DNA of 61,926 bases, counting the filler, from Choristocarpus tenellus KU-1152 (lineage: Eukaryota; Protista; Phaeophyceae), in assembly GCA_964200185.2 (NCBI GenBank). It is 8 parts of 8 records of this genome, joined end to end, with 100 filler letters (N's around TTAATTAATTAA, not from the genome) between each part and the next. Parts side by side here need not be neighbours in the genome. Positions count along the whole stretch, not along the records: positions 1 to 23,448 come from CAXNAD020000246.1; positions 23,549 to 29,778 come from CAXNAD020008625.1; 6 more parts are not named here. The stretch is one strand, 5' to 3'. Both the position numbers and the translations under genes were made by a program. Each line of letters starts with the position of its first letter. Within the stretch, counting starts at the first letter, position 1. The notes below the pieces were generated by a model. That model was given only the letters and a program-made list of their open reading frames with translations, made no database searches and was not told where the DNA came from. Shown one piece after another: positions 12,501-24,127 of this stretch.

Positions 12501-15500
12501 GAAATGCCCTGGATCTTCAACCTCCCTACCATCTGTTGCCCCAAACCCCAACACAGTTCCTCCTATGCCATCCTCCTCTCTGTTGCCCTGTTCATCAGTC
12601 TCATCCTTGTTGGAATGTTCATTTACCCCATCCTCATAATCTCCCTTCAAGTCTTCACCTCTGACCTCATCCAAATCCCCCCCCCCCTGCTGCATTATCT
12701 AATTATTAAGCTGGCACAACTGTGATGGATATTGATGCCACACATCCTTGTGAGGGTCCCGTCCACAATGAAGGACACAACCCTCTTCTGGTGCTTGTTC
12801 ACTACTCTTTGGGTCTTACCGACCACTACTCCATGACGGGTATTTGCCTTAGAGGTGATGAGTTTTCACCCGCATACCCCAATGAACAACCCAATGCATA
12901 TCTTAGACCTGACCACCTTTTTCGTTTCAGCTAATTTCAAATGGAGTAAAACATCCCGGAATGAACATCGTGCCTGTGAACTAGAGGCACAAAACAAGGT
13001 GTCTAACCTGATCAGTATATACTTAAGCCAATCTAGTACCACTGTTGAAGTCCTTGAAGTTGCCAGGGCACCCATTATTTGCCATGGCTACCAAAGCAAG
13101 AATCCTGATTAACACACAAGGCATTGATGGGGAGAATCTTTTCTGTACCACTCACACAGCAGGCTCCTCTAGCCACTGCTACTTGGTTTCAATCAAAGGA
13201 AAAAAACAGCAATATCAAAGCAGAAGTACATTCTGTCATTCGAATGCATAACTGCAAACACTCCATAATAACATGTATCTGTGTAATTAATTCTGTAGAG
13301 GTGAATGGTTCATCTAAACATCAAATAGAAAAAACATTTGCAATATTCATCCTCCAGAAAACTCAGTAACACCAACAAAGATAACTGTGTTCCTCCAAGA
13401 CATATCGATTCTGGCATCCATTGTCGCTCTCAATATACCCAACTTATACCCTTGCCTCCAATTCTTATCTGGGACAAACTAAACTCACCGACCATAGTAT
13501 GCCTCTTGTTCCTCAGAAGTGGACCCCACCATGATTGTCACAACCTTGAAATCAAAGCCTTCCATCACCTTCACAGGATATTTGGAAAGGGTCTCATTAA
13601 GGATGAAAAGTCAATGGTTTCAAATACTAGATGTTATGTTTTGTGTAAGGAAAGGCATTGGGTAGACCAAATAATGAAAAAACGCGCTGTGACAGAGGCT
13701 CGGGGCAACTACTACCAGGGTTGCTCAGTCAGGAAAGTATTGGCACGATTTCTTGTCATATGGACATGAATTCAACCTCTGTCTTCAGTGTTCTTCTGCC
13801 TTTACATTTTGATTTGCTCCAACTTTTCCCTACTACCGTAGTAAGCCATTACTGCACTAGGACCTAGGGTACAAGTGTCAAAGAGCACACTACTCTCTTC
13901 TCCAAGAAGATTGCAGTAATGGAGGACCACTGCGTGAGATGGTCAATGGGAAGGCAGCAGGACAATATCCTCTCACTGTGGAACTCCTGGAGCTAGGACT
14001 ACACAGAGATGTCTCCATCCTAGAGGGCATATACGCCATCATACTAGGCGTATGGTAAGAAGAGGTCGTGCCTCAAAAGTATAAGGAAATAATCATCAAA
14101 GTCCACCAAAAAGGTCCTCCTTAATGTTGTCACATGGCAACTTGGAGGCTATAGTGAAAGTGGCAAACTACTCCATGAGGAACAGCATCATTTTTGGCCC
14201 AAACAACCTACCCCTGACATGTTCTCTATGATATCTTCCCTACAGGAGGTAGAAAGAGAGAAGTATGAGTGCCTGTTTGTAAGTTTCATTAATCTGCAGA
14301 GGGTATGATTCTGTTAACTGTGCCTAATAATCAACAGCGTCATCAAAGTTAGGGTACCGGACAAGATGGTCTGTCATTCACAAATTCTGTAACAGAATAC
14401 AGGCTTGTATCAGCATGGATTATCAAGAATGCACCTAATGATCTCCTGAAGGGTGGGCATATCATCAAGGGTGTGTCCTCTCTCCACTCCTCGTGAATGT
14501 TTTCTTCACTCCAGTTCTCAAAGTAGCCCTCATGATTCTCAGCATGGATGCCTGGCGAACCTTTATGCCATGATGATATAAAAACAGGTATGCCACAGTA
14601 GAAACGAGTGCAGGCCAGGGAACAGTGAAACACCTTTGTAACTTATGTACGTGGGCTATACTGTACGCCAACAATTAGGACACCGTGTCAAGGACACCTA
14701 AATTCTGTCTAGATAGTGATGGTGATTGTGACAATATGTAAGGTATATCGGGTTGAAACTATCTGGGAAGCAGACAAAGACCACATGTTTACAGCTTCCC
14801 ATACAGAGGCCATCTGGACAAGGATAACGAGTCATCCTTAAGAACAAAGTGATGGGCTTGAATACCTTGCAGGTGCCATCAGCAACAAGGAAAATATCAT
14901 TGATGAGATCAGGAGAACGAACCAAGATCCATGAGTGAATTTAAGAAGTAAAGCCAAAAAAAATAAAACCGAAAATTCGTAATGACCTGGCTCAAGAAAA
15001 TGTTGTTTAAATAAGGAGCGCTCAAGATCGTGCTACAAGGGCATGTGACATGGACACTCCACCAGACATACTTCAACATGATTCATAGAGCTCATCATTA
15101 TTTCTGATAAGTGAAAACAAGGACACATTGACAATCTCCTATCATACAGACAAGCAACAGCACATGCCCAGCAAATAATGTGCTGAGAAAAATATGGCTT
15201 CTGTTTGCATGTTCACGCCTCAGAAGTACAAAGAAAAGGGGGTGGACCAGCAAAATAATCATTTCATTCATCCTTTCACACCTAGGACATTGTAACAGTA
15301 AACACTTGCGTTGACCTGTAATAATGTCCACTATCTATAACATCGTTCAGGTCGTTTAGAACTATGGCATCCGTAACATGGACAAAATTTGAGGGTCAGT
15401 TCAAATAATGCTCATTATCTAGTGCAAGGTTTTCGAACATACCTTGTCCGGAATATGTATAGTTCTATTTTCTTAGAAACAATTCCGGAGTATTCCACAA

Positions 15501-18500
15501 AGCAACATACCTTTTTTTACTAGATAGTATTCACTATCTGACGCTATAGAAAAAAAAATTCAAAGCAAAAAGCAAAAATATGCATCCATTGTACTCAACG
15601 CTACGGCCCATTCCCTCCATGAAATTTCGTTGTCCTAGACAACTTTTGTGGCCATTTGCTCCACAACATGCTTGTTCGGCAATACCAATCCAATCCACAA
15701 CGCAGTACATTTGCTTCATAATATTTGCTATCTGGCAACACACATTTTGTGCGTAACACTAGATCCTTATGGTATGCATATATAATATTTTCCAAGGCGT
15801 GAATGTAACACAAGACTGGATGATGAGTGACACCCAACATCTTGCCATTTGGGTAATTTGTAGATTCCAAAGAGTCATGTAGTCAGGAGAAGAAATGGTT
15901 GATGTGCCTCATCCATGATCTTGTCCTTTTTGGTTTCCAATTGAGGGCTCTCATGGATGCATCCCAAACCAACGCAAACGAAAGCTATGTGGTAGATGGA
16001 ACCAAGTACAGTACTACATAGACAAACATTGGATTGCCAAGGCTGCAACCCGCCAAGTCAAAGTCACCAACAAAACCTCTCATGCTTGCTAAGTCAAATG
16101 TTATGTGAGGAATCTACTACCACAACTTACAGCCTGGATGGATGGACATCTAACCATCGGTATTGAGTCAAAGTAAATGAGAGGTACCCAGAGTGGCATT
16201 TTAAGGATTCTGAGCAATACGTGAAAAATCCATCTATTCTTGCAAAAGCGTACAGGATATTTTTTATAAATTGTTCCAAAAAACTTCAAACAACAGAGAA
16301 ATCAAAAGTCAAACTTAGCACTTCATCCATAGAAATATGGGTGAATTGTCAAAGGTTAATAAACTGGCATAAAGCGTAAAACGGGCAAAACCTAGGACAT
16401 CTCATTTACTTTGACTCATTGAGAGTTGTGTTTTCTCCTGCTTCTATATCTGCTGCAGTCTACTGAGATATATTTTCATAACCATTTTTTACTCCCCCAT
16501 ATTTGATTCTCAACCATGGGATTACTTTCTTAATTGTGGATGTTCCTATCTAGATGATTCCCTACTGGTGAGCCCTGCACCTGGGGAGCATTGATCATCT
16601 TAAGGACATTTTTCGTGGGGTGTAACCACCAAGATATTTCCTTTCAAATTCTGTGAACCTTGTCCTTGGCATGCCTTGGTTTTTTCTTCTTGATTTTTTT
16701 TTTCTCTCCTTGGCTTCTTCTTGATTGTTTTTATATATTTTGTGCATATCTGTTGTACCTACGTCTCTCTCTTTTTGTGTTCTTTCAAGACAACTCCATT
16801 TTGTGCCAGATAGCAAATGTTTGATAGGAATCACAATAAAAGTAATACTATAAATAAACAAACCGTAAGACTAGGTGTATGCAAAGCATGCAAGGCCCTT
16901 TCAAAGGTTTCATAAAAGACCCTAACCCTCAACGTAAAAATAATAATGATGACAAAATTCAGCAAATTGACACATAATGTATTTTCTGCTGCAGAACTGT
17001 ACATAAGATGTAGAGTACAACTAAAGTGGATCAATGAATGGATAAATTGGAATCAACACCTCAAAGTTGCAAATGATGAGGAACTTTCAAGAGCTGCTCG
17101 CTTCAACAATTCAAATTAGAAATCCATTCCTCCATTTGCTCTTCATATGGCATGCCACAATAATAATAATAATAATAATAATAACACTGACTGAAGGAGA
17201 GTACAGAGACAATATACACATGAGACAATACCTATAGACAACACCTATGTATGGTTGATTGAGGTATGTCACAACAACTCCTCCAATTTCAAAATGCAGA
17301 CAGGTCAGAAAGGGAGTGCAAACAGAAAATCCCACCCACATTATACTCACAACAGTCCAGGAGAACTTGAAATTATGATTTTTTTACATTCTGTTTGAAG
17401 ACTAATATAAACCTACATATTTCCACCAAAGTTCCATGACCTAATGCAAATTGTTCCTAACGGAACAATGCACCCTAGAAAAATTCAAATCGTTGCAGCA
17501 AACAATAGTAACCCTAAGACCCCATGAACTGACACCTTTGCAATGTAGGGCAGATGCATCTCGATGGAATGCTCTGCTTCATCCACACCACAGGTCATCT
17601 TCTCAAATAATCCCGTGTCAAGAAGATTTTGGGTTACTGTCTGCATGGTGGGAATCAGAGGAACAAGGTTGACAAAACATTAGTAGAAAACAAGTACTAT
17701 TAGTATGCACTTTCAGAAAGGACCTCTGATGAGGTCAAACAACCAGAACACCCTGTCAGTGCATGCCAAACCAAGAAAAAAGATTGGCAATGAAGACTGC
17801 AAATATTTTGCAATCAAGGGTCATCTGCACAGCTGATTGAAGTAAACTCCTTAGTCTTCATCAGTTAACTTGTGACCAAATTTTTTAACCAAAGTGAGGA
17901 CAGGCAACAACAGGCAACAGCCAAAAGCAAACACACTCCAGAGATGAGGTCAAGGCAAACCATGAGCAATATTCCTTACGCCCTTCCTCACCTCCATCAA
18001 CAAATGTGTATGCGTGATTAAATATGTCTATATAATACATGCACCACTTTTCACCTACAAAAAAAAAAACTTCAAAAACGTCCAGGTCATTGTAACTGCC
18101 ATGATACATCATTGGTGGAGGCAACAAACAACACATTAGACACCTGGTCAATGGTAAGATCACCGATTGGGGTTTCCAACGAAGAGGCCATGGAAAGAGC
18201 ACAACCCCTGTCATATTGATGTGTTGCAAGGGGTCCGGGTCAAGTCCATCCAGAATAGTTGTTTGTGAAGGCATCTATGTTGAGTCCACTCAAATGTTTC
18301 TATTGATCCATATATTAGTTATCACCAACGGCAGACACTAATCTTGAAGAAAATAAACGCAACGCTAATAAGCAGGTCTAAAAAGGTAATAAAAAGGGCC
18401 TCCCAGCCCTTCACACTTCAGATGCCTGCAGGTGTCATGACACTGAAAAATAGTTGCTCTCCCAAAAGGAACAAAGCATCACAATTAACATCAAATTCGA

Positions 18501-21500
18501 GAGTATTTGATTGAAACCAATGCCAGTATGTGCTATTGAGTACATGCAGTCTTCAGTTGAGTACATACAGTCATCAGAATATGTGAGTATCAGTATTATT
18601 TATTCACAACAAATACTGACCCACCAATATACTCAATACGTGGTTGGCGTAAATCTCCTGACTTGGTCAAAAATTCATTGCCCCAAAGGTTTCTTGGGTA
18701 TATTTGGTACATTTGATTTTTGCCAGCTTGCACTGTGTGCAACAAAGGCAAAGCAACTGCCTAGCTGGTGAAATCACCCTCTGTGTGTCACACATATCTT
18801 TGTACTCCTTGTAATATGATGAAATTGTTCTGAAGAACCAAAGACAGTGTTGCTAGTGTTCCGAGTTAGCCAAAACACTGTGGAAAAGGCAACGTTTCAT
18901 TAACTAGCACCAAATGGGGACAGCACAGATGAAAATCTACACAAAAAAGAACAAATAAAAAAGAGATAATTCAACTCAAAATAGATCGATTCAACAATGG
19001 ATTGTAGCTAATCCTAACCCCCAGCCACCTCCCATAGGTAGAGCACAATAATGGCAACAAAAGAGCATTGCAACAATGAATCCGATGGAGAACTTGTAAG
19101 ACTTGTTTTGCATCTTGTCATCTTGTTTTGCCAGATCACTGTCTCGTCAGGATTTTGCATTCCTTGTTGCTTCAATATTTAGAAAATAAAATAAAATGGA
19201 AGCAATTCAACGTATTCAACTGTAGTTAAGAACGGCCCTTACAGGCATATGTCGCCGTACCTCATACCATTTCAAAAGGTCTCATGCCACCCTTTAGACA
19301 TGATACACAAAAAATCTGCATGGTTCCTACAGCAATAGGGTTAGGGTTAGGGTTGGGGTTAATCAAATCGGCTACTTCCTCGATATATTCACAACACTCT
19401 GCAACACAAAAAGTGATAGGTACACACTGTAACACAATGAGCACCAAGGGCTTCAGTCTGGTAGAAAATGTTCACTATCTTCGCGGCTAAAGCACATGCT
19501 AGGGTATCTTAACATGGAAAATGGTATGTCTGAGAGCCATCACTTGGAAAAAAAAAGAGATTCCACGATAAAGGTGTCTCTGGCACACCGATACCTCCTC
19601 AATCAACATTAGGAACACAGTGCTGCACCATATTCAATCAGGGTTAGGGTTACCATATTCAATCAGACCAACAAAGTGCAGCATCATGCAATACAGTATG
19701 TATGTGAAAACTCTCTAATGCTTCAATTTGTCATATAGCCTGGTGCTGGACAATGGTGACACAAAATCACCCAGGAGCGAGAGACTATGACAGATTGAAA
19801 CATTAGATCGGATGGCACCAAAATTGATTTCCAACCTCTTGAGAAATATATCGTTCATTGCCTCACTTAAACTTTCCTGTGTTATCTCTAGGGTTTTGGG
19901 GGGGCCCTTCAGAATCCCTAGCATATTAATTAATCACCACAGGGGGTTATTGCATCCTTACCTTCAAACAAAATTGCATGCATACCAGTGAGTGACACCT
20001 CAATAGTTTTATCAAGAAAATGTTTCCCTTGGCCAGGGAAGAAAGCTGAATGCACAGAACTCTAAGCTGACTTGACTGTGCAAAACCTGTATCTACTGGT
20101 AGTCTCCAGTGGACATCCAGAGGCCTCTCTACCCACAACTGAAACAACGTGGGAAGGGAGCACACTTGCACTATATTGTGCTCTAGGGCTAATACTTGAA
20201 AGAGAGGGATATGCCGTGCTACCCTCATCTTGCAGGTGTAGACGACTAATATGGAATAATCAAGTACAATAATTCTGCAGCAGAGTCACAACTCAACATG
20301 CAAGGATTTCAAGCATTTTTTTTTTACATTGACAAACTAAGAGTGTGACATGAAACTACAAATATTAAAGGGTGATTTGTACTATCAAGATTTGACAAGC
20401 AACTACTGTCCCTGAGCCTTTGGTGGACTACTGCTTTGGTGGTAGTATTGGTAGCCCAAATCTTGACAAATATTTCGAATTTGATAGTAGTAGTAGTAGA
20501 GAAGGGTCTTTAAGGGGAAATTGTTGAATTGTTTTTTTTCAATATTACACATATTACAGAGGTGTCTAGGCATTGACAATAACTGTTGTATCTACAGCAC
20601 CCCTTGTCATATAGTTTTGGTGTTAGTTTCCCCCCTCTCTGACACATCCGAAAAATGGTCAGAGGGTTAAATGATATATTAAGAACTGTATGCAGCGACA
20701 AAAATATCTAGTCCTGCTCTTGATTATTTACAGAAGTGATTTGAATAATCAGAACCAGGCAAAACCAAAACCCATGATCCTTTGCTTACCTGAGGCTGAC
20801 ATGGTGCGATGGACCAATTACGAATACCCGTGAGATGCCGACGGGATTCATGTGGGTGTAAGCAAAAGCGGCTGTGGATCCCGAATAACTGTCGCAGGGT
20901 AGGTAAAGGGAGAGGGGAAGAGCTTGGGGACAAGGGTGTAAAATTGCACAAGTGGTAATCTTGAAATGCAGGGCATTCTACTGCAATATATATTGCTTTC
21001 TACGGGTTACATGACTCTGGATATGAGGAAGGGAATCCGACCTAGGAGCGCTGAGGGTGGGGGATATCAAAATCAAAAATGTCATCCGAGGTAACTGTCA
21101 CTCGTGACACAATCTGAGCTCTCATTATACATCCGGTGAGGATTTTATTTGCAAGATGCACCAAGCTTGACCTCATTATCCTCTTGCCCGACTAGGCGAC
21201 CAAGTTGCAATTTCCTTACATACCAAACTGAACTCGCCTGAATCCAGCATGGGGTGCGATTAATGCTCGCACTGGTTCCTGATCTTCAATTGATCCGGCC
21301 ACATCCAGCCAACCTGAGTAGCGGTTAAGGAAATGATCCCCGTAACAGTTTACTAAATCTCACAATGCGTCATGAATGCACCTGTTACACGCTCGCAGCA
21401 TCAATATGTTTGCCGCTCGTGGTTGCCCTCAATACTGAACATTGGAGCACACATCTGACAGAGAACAGAGGATTCTGGCGATAAGGGGGACCAAGGGGGG

Positions 21501-21912
21501 AGAACCCTAGTATATCAACTGAAAATCGCGTTGCGCTACATGCAGTTGTCATCCGAAGCTGATCACACCTGTATATGGGGGCATAGAGCAAACTTCGTCC
21601 GATCCGACTACCAATTGAAGCCAGAAGCGCAGAACGTGGTAGACTGGACCAGTTCTGACTAATCATATATAAAAACACCATCCCTCTCTTGGCATGCTTA
21701 ACAGCGAATGGCAGAAGTATATTCTTCAAGTCATCAGAGAGTTAAAGTATCCTTGGCAAGCACCCATTGAACTTGGATAAGGATCGGAGAATTGGCAATA
21801 AAGTAGGTTGTCATGATCTTTCACCTGCCAACTGGCTATAAAGGAGAGCTCCATTATCAGTGTACCAGGAACCTGCATGAGAGGCTCTTCTCCGATAGCC
21901 ATTGGGGGGCAT
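595..21912 (-). CDS. MEMO1: MEMO1 family protein (mediator of ErbB2-driven cell motility, dioxygenase fold); 10 exons, final exon lies outside the window
   Basis: Exons in transcript order: 21825-21912, 21238-21313, 20790-20888, 18144-18207, 17536-17640, 13489-13568, 10131-10178, 9396-9492, 3148-3240, 595-684. They splice in phase (840 nt) to MPPNGYRRRASHAGSWY...ALIAPHAGFSYSG...VIGPSHH...DEAEHSIEMHLPY...FVISSDFCHWG...NTICGRHPI...KYAQSS, the hallmark MEMO1 motifs. Intron 2 is GC-AG. Confidence 0.96.
3806..4063 (+). mobile_element. MITE family A (~257 bp), in MEMO1 intron 8
   Basis: TIRs CCAAAGTATCTTAGAGGGTA / TACCCTCTAAGATACTTTGG; six copies in the window; no coding capacity. Confidence 0.9.
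4778..4958 (+). mobile_element. MITE family B (~180 bp)
   Basis: TIRs GGCTCAAAGTATCTGGG / CCCAGATCCTTTGAGCC; flanks TGTT/TGCT (4-bp duplication with one mismatch); partial copies at 23371-23400, 37479-37518 and 41972-42019. Confidence 0.8.
6400..8600 (-). pseudogene. Decayed retroelement, possibly DIRS-like (RNase H region), in MEMO1 intron 8
   Basis: Broken minus-strand frames contain KVYTDSSDYTHGG (TDAS-like RNase H motif) and GVALPLDWG (resembles the DAF-x-DW motif downstream of DIRS RNase H). Many stops and frameshifts; boundaries approximate. Confidence 0.35.
11300..12700 (-). mobile_element. Decayed piggyBac-like transposase remnant in MEMO1 intron 6
   Basis: Acidic N-terminus (12426-12695), then DCFILLF/PEDQIEIMAEATN, LCMLGVLLTMM, KWNCNRYAVLHLSWGLTFDGSVSAWR (DESMSAWR-type catalytic motif), WKSKGVRAE (RKPKGVG-type) and a Cys-rich tail QKCFVCDRRVGFDCAT. 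Frameshifted and interrupted by a MITE. Confidence 0.7.
11988..12245 (-). mobile_element. MITE family A copy nested in the piggyBac remnant
   Basis: Reverse complement of 3806-4063; flanked on both sides by AGAA (11984-11987, 12246-12249). Confidence 0.9.
13870..15105 (+). mobile_element. Decayed RTE-type non-LTR retrotransposon (reverse transcriptase), antisense in MEMO1 intron 5
   Basis: Ordered RT motifs across broken frames: MVNGKAAG, VPQKYKEIIIKV, FVSFINLQR-YDSV, HQGCVLSPLLVNVFF, ILYANN (LYADD), EYLAGAIS, GHVTWTL. Confidence 0.8.
16165..16417 (+). mobile_element. MITE family C (~250 bp)
   Basis: Perfect 18-bp TIR GAGTCAAAGTAAATGAGA / TCTCATTTACTTTGACTC; homologous copies at 36277-36523 and 36790-37041. 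Confidence 0.85.
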
Positions 21913-22197
21913 GGTCCTCTTCCTCTACCAAATATTTTTAGTATCACCCCCCTCGAACAACATTTCCAGGATATCGGTAGAGAAAGAATATCTTACACCC
22001 ATATTCTGATCGAGACCCCCATCCACAAATCACCGATCACCGATCTAAAAAAAATATCGAATTATGTTCGATTCAATTATGTCCATCAAGAGAAGTATGA
22101 TCTCCTATGTAATATCTGAGATGGTCATGTTTTGGTGAAGGAAGACTGAAGAGTATGTGATTTAGAGGTTTACTACTACTGCGTGAAGCCCAAACAT

Positions 22198-22235
<38 letters not shown>

Positions 22236-23448
22236 AATTTCAACACAACTTACATCATAATTTATAGTGGTGGAAGAGACAAATGAGTACGTACATTCAC
22301 TCCAATATAGTAATGCTTCTCATTCTTCCTGTTACTAAACCTCAAAATAGGATGTGAAAGACCTGAATTGTGGTGGCAAGAGTTAATTGTGACCAAACTA
22401 TATCTCAATACTCGAAGAAGTGGTGGGATGACTGGAGCCAACAATTTTAGAGAAAAAATCAAGACACTAATAGGGCAGTCCAATCAGTCATTTTCCAACA
22501 GTCCGTAGTGTTCAATGAGATAAAGTATAGTGTGTAGTGCCTCACTATTCATAGACCAGTATAGATAGGGTTGAAGTGGTGGTTCTGAGTCCCTGACTAG
22601 AATGAAACAGCAACTTATTATCCCCATGGTCTTCCTTCAAGCTGGACCTGGAGACCAGAAAAAATATTAAGTGGATATGAGATCTCGACCAGCAAGAACC
22701 TCCTATGTGAAGGAATGGTGAAAGGTATAATGTTGGTGACGTATGGCTTTGTCAAAGCTGGATTGTCAGGTAATCAGAAGTAAGAGAGAGAAAAGAAGAG
22801 ATATTTCATGACAAGACCATCAACAACAGGAAACAATGACCCCTAATTCATTATTGTGACTCAATTTTCAACAATACCATAGTGTGCGCAGAGATACTAG
22901 AGACTGCACATTTACAACTTACCCATGATGCACGCTTATCATGCTCGATCATCATTGACTGTCAAGCAGGTGTGGTAGTCTCGGCGAAATATTTTTCAGC
23001 CTTGCGGATGACCGATATGATAAAGGATTTTTCACCTAGTCTGTATCCTCCATTGTTAAAGTAGTTCAGCAACGCGATTTCACACATGGTGACGAACGTT
23101 TCTGCCCTTCATGTACTCATGGAATTGTGGGTGAAAGGATAGGGTGACACCGAAATATCAATCACTACAATTGTAATAATGGTGAAGCATATCAATTTAG
23201 GTGAAGGAGGCATTCAGATTAAGGAGGCCAATGTAGAGAAATAGTGCACGAAAAGGAATGAACGACAGCAGTGGTCACTTTGCTCTCAGTGAGTAAAGTA
23301 AAGCCGCCTCCCAGCTCCCTTCCTCTTCACTCCAGCCTATGACATGCTGGATGATGTATTCTGGAATTGAGACTCAAAGTATCTGGGGGGGGGGGGGTGG
23401 TTTGTGAGGAGGCGTCCGTTTCGTTCAAACAACTCTTTTTTTTCCTGA

Positions 23449-23548
23449 NNNNNNNNNNNNNNNNNNNNNNNNNNNNNNNNNNNNNNNNNNNNTTAATTAA
23501 TTAANNNNNNNNNNNNNNNNNNNNNNNNNNNNNNNNNNNNNNNNNNNN
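23449..23548. other. Artificial contig linker (N44-TTAATTAATTAA-N44)
   Basis: Identical 100-bp spacer with stops in all six frames; repeated at 29779-29878, 37379-37478, 42020-42119, 45335-45434, 54423-54522 and 57892-57991. Confidence 0.98.
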
Positions 23549-24127
23549 TTTTTGGCTTTGTGAATAATTTAATTTTTAAAATAATTTTTTTTTTGTGAAA
23601 ATTTGGGTTGGGGGGGGGGGGGGGGGGAGAAATTAACATTGAAGCAGTTTTATGTAGTTAAGCTTAGGGTATGGTGATGATTTGTTCGCGGTTGACATCC
23701 CTTTCAATATATATATATTTATGATGAAAAAAAATTACGAATATTTGGTAGGTGTGGAATATGTTGGAACGGGTCTGAGATATCGGAAATATCGGAATAA
23801 ACATTTTGTCGGTAAAATAGTTTTTTTTATTATAAATGTCAATAGGAACGGATCCTGTTCAGTATCTTCACACACTAGTTTTCTAGGTTTGTATGTGAAA
23901 TGGTGTGGTGGAGTCTTGAAGTATGTGAAGAGAAAGGTGGATTATCATTGGTGAAATTGAAAAGAGGTGTAGTAATAATAATAATAATAATAAAGATGTA
24001 ATTTTTTGTTCATCTGGTTTGAGGAGTTGTGTGTTGTCTGTCTCCCTCTCCTTTGTGTCCCTTGTGTGTCCCTTGTGAAACCTCTCTCTCAACTGGTGAA
24101 CGTTCTGTTAACCCTAACCCTAACCAG

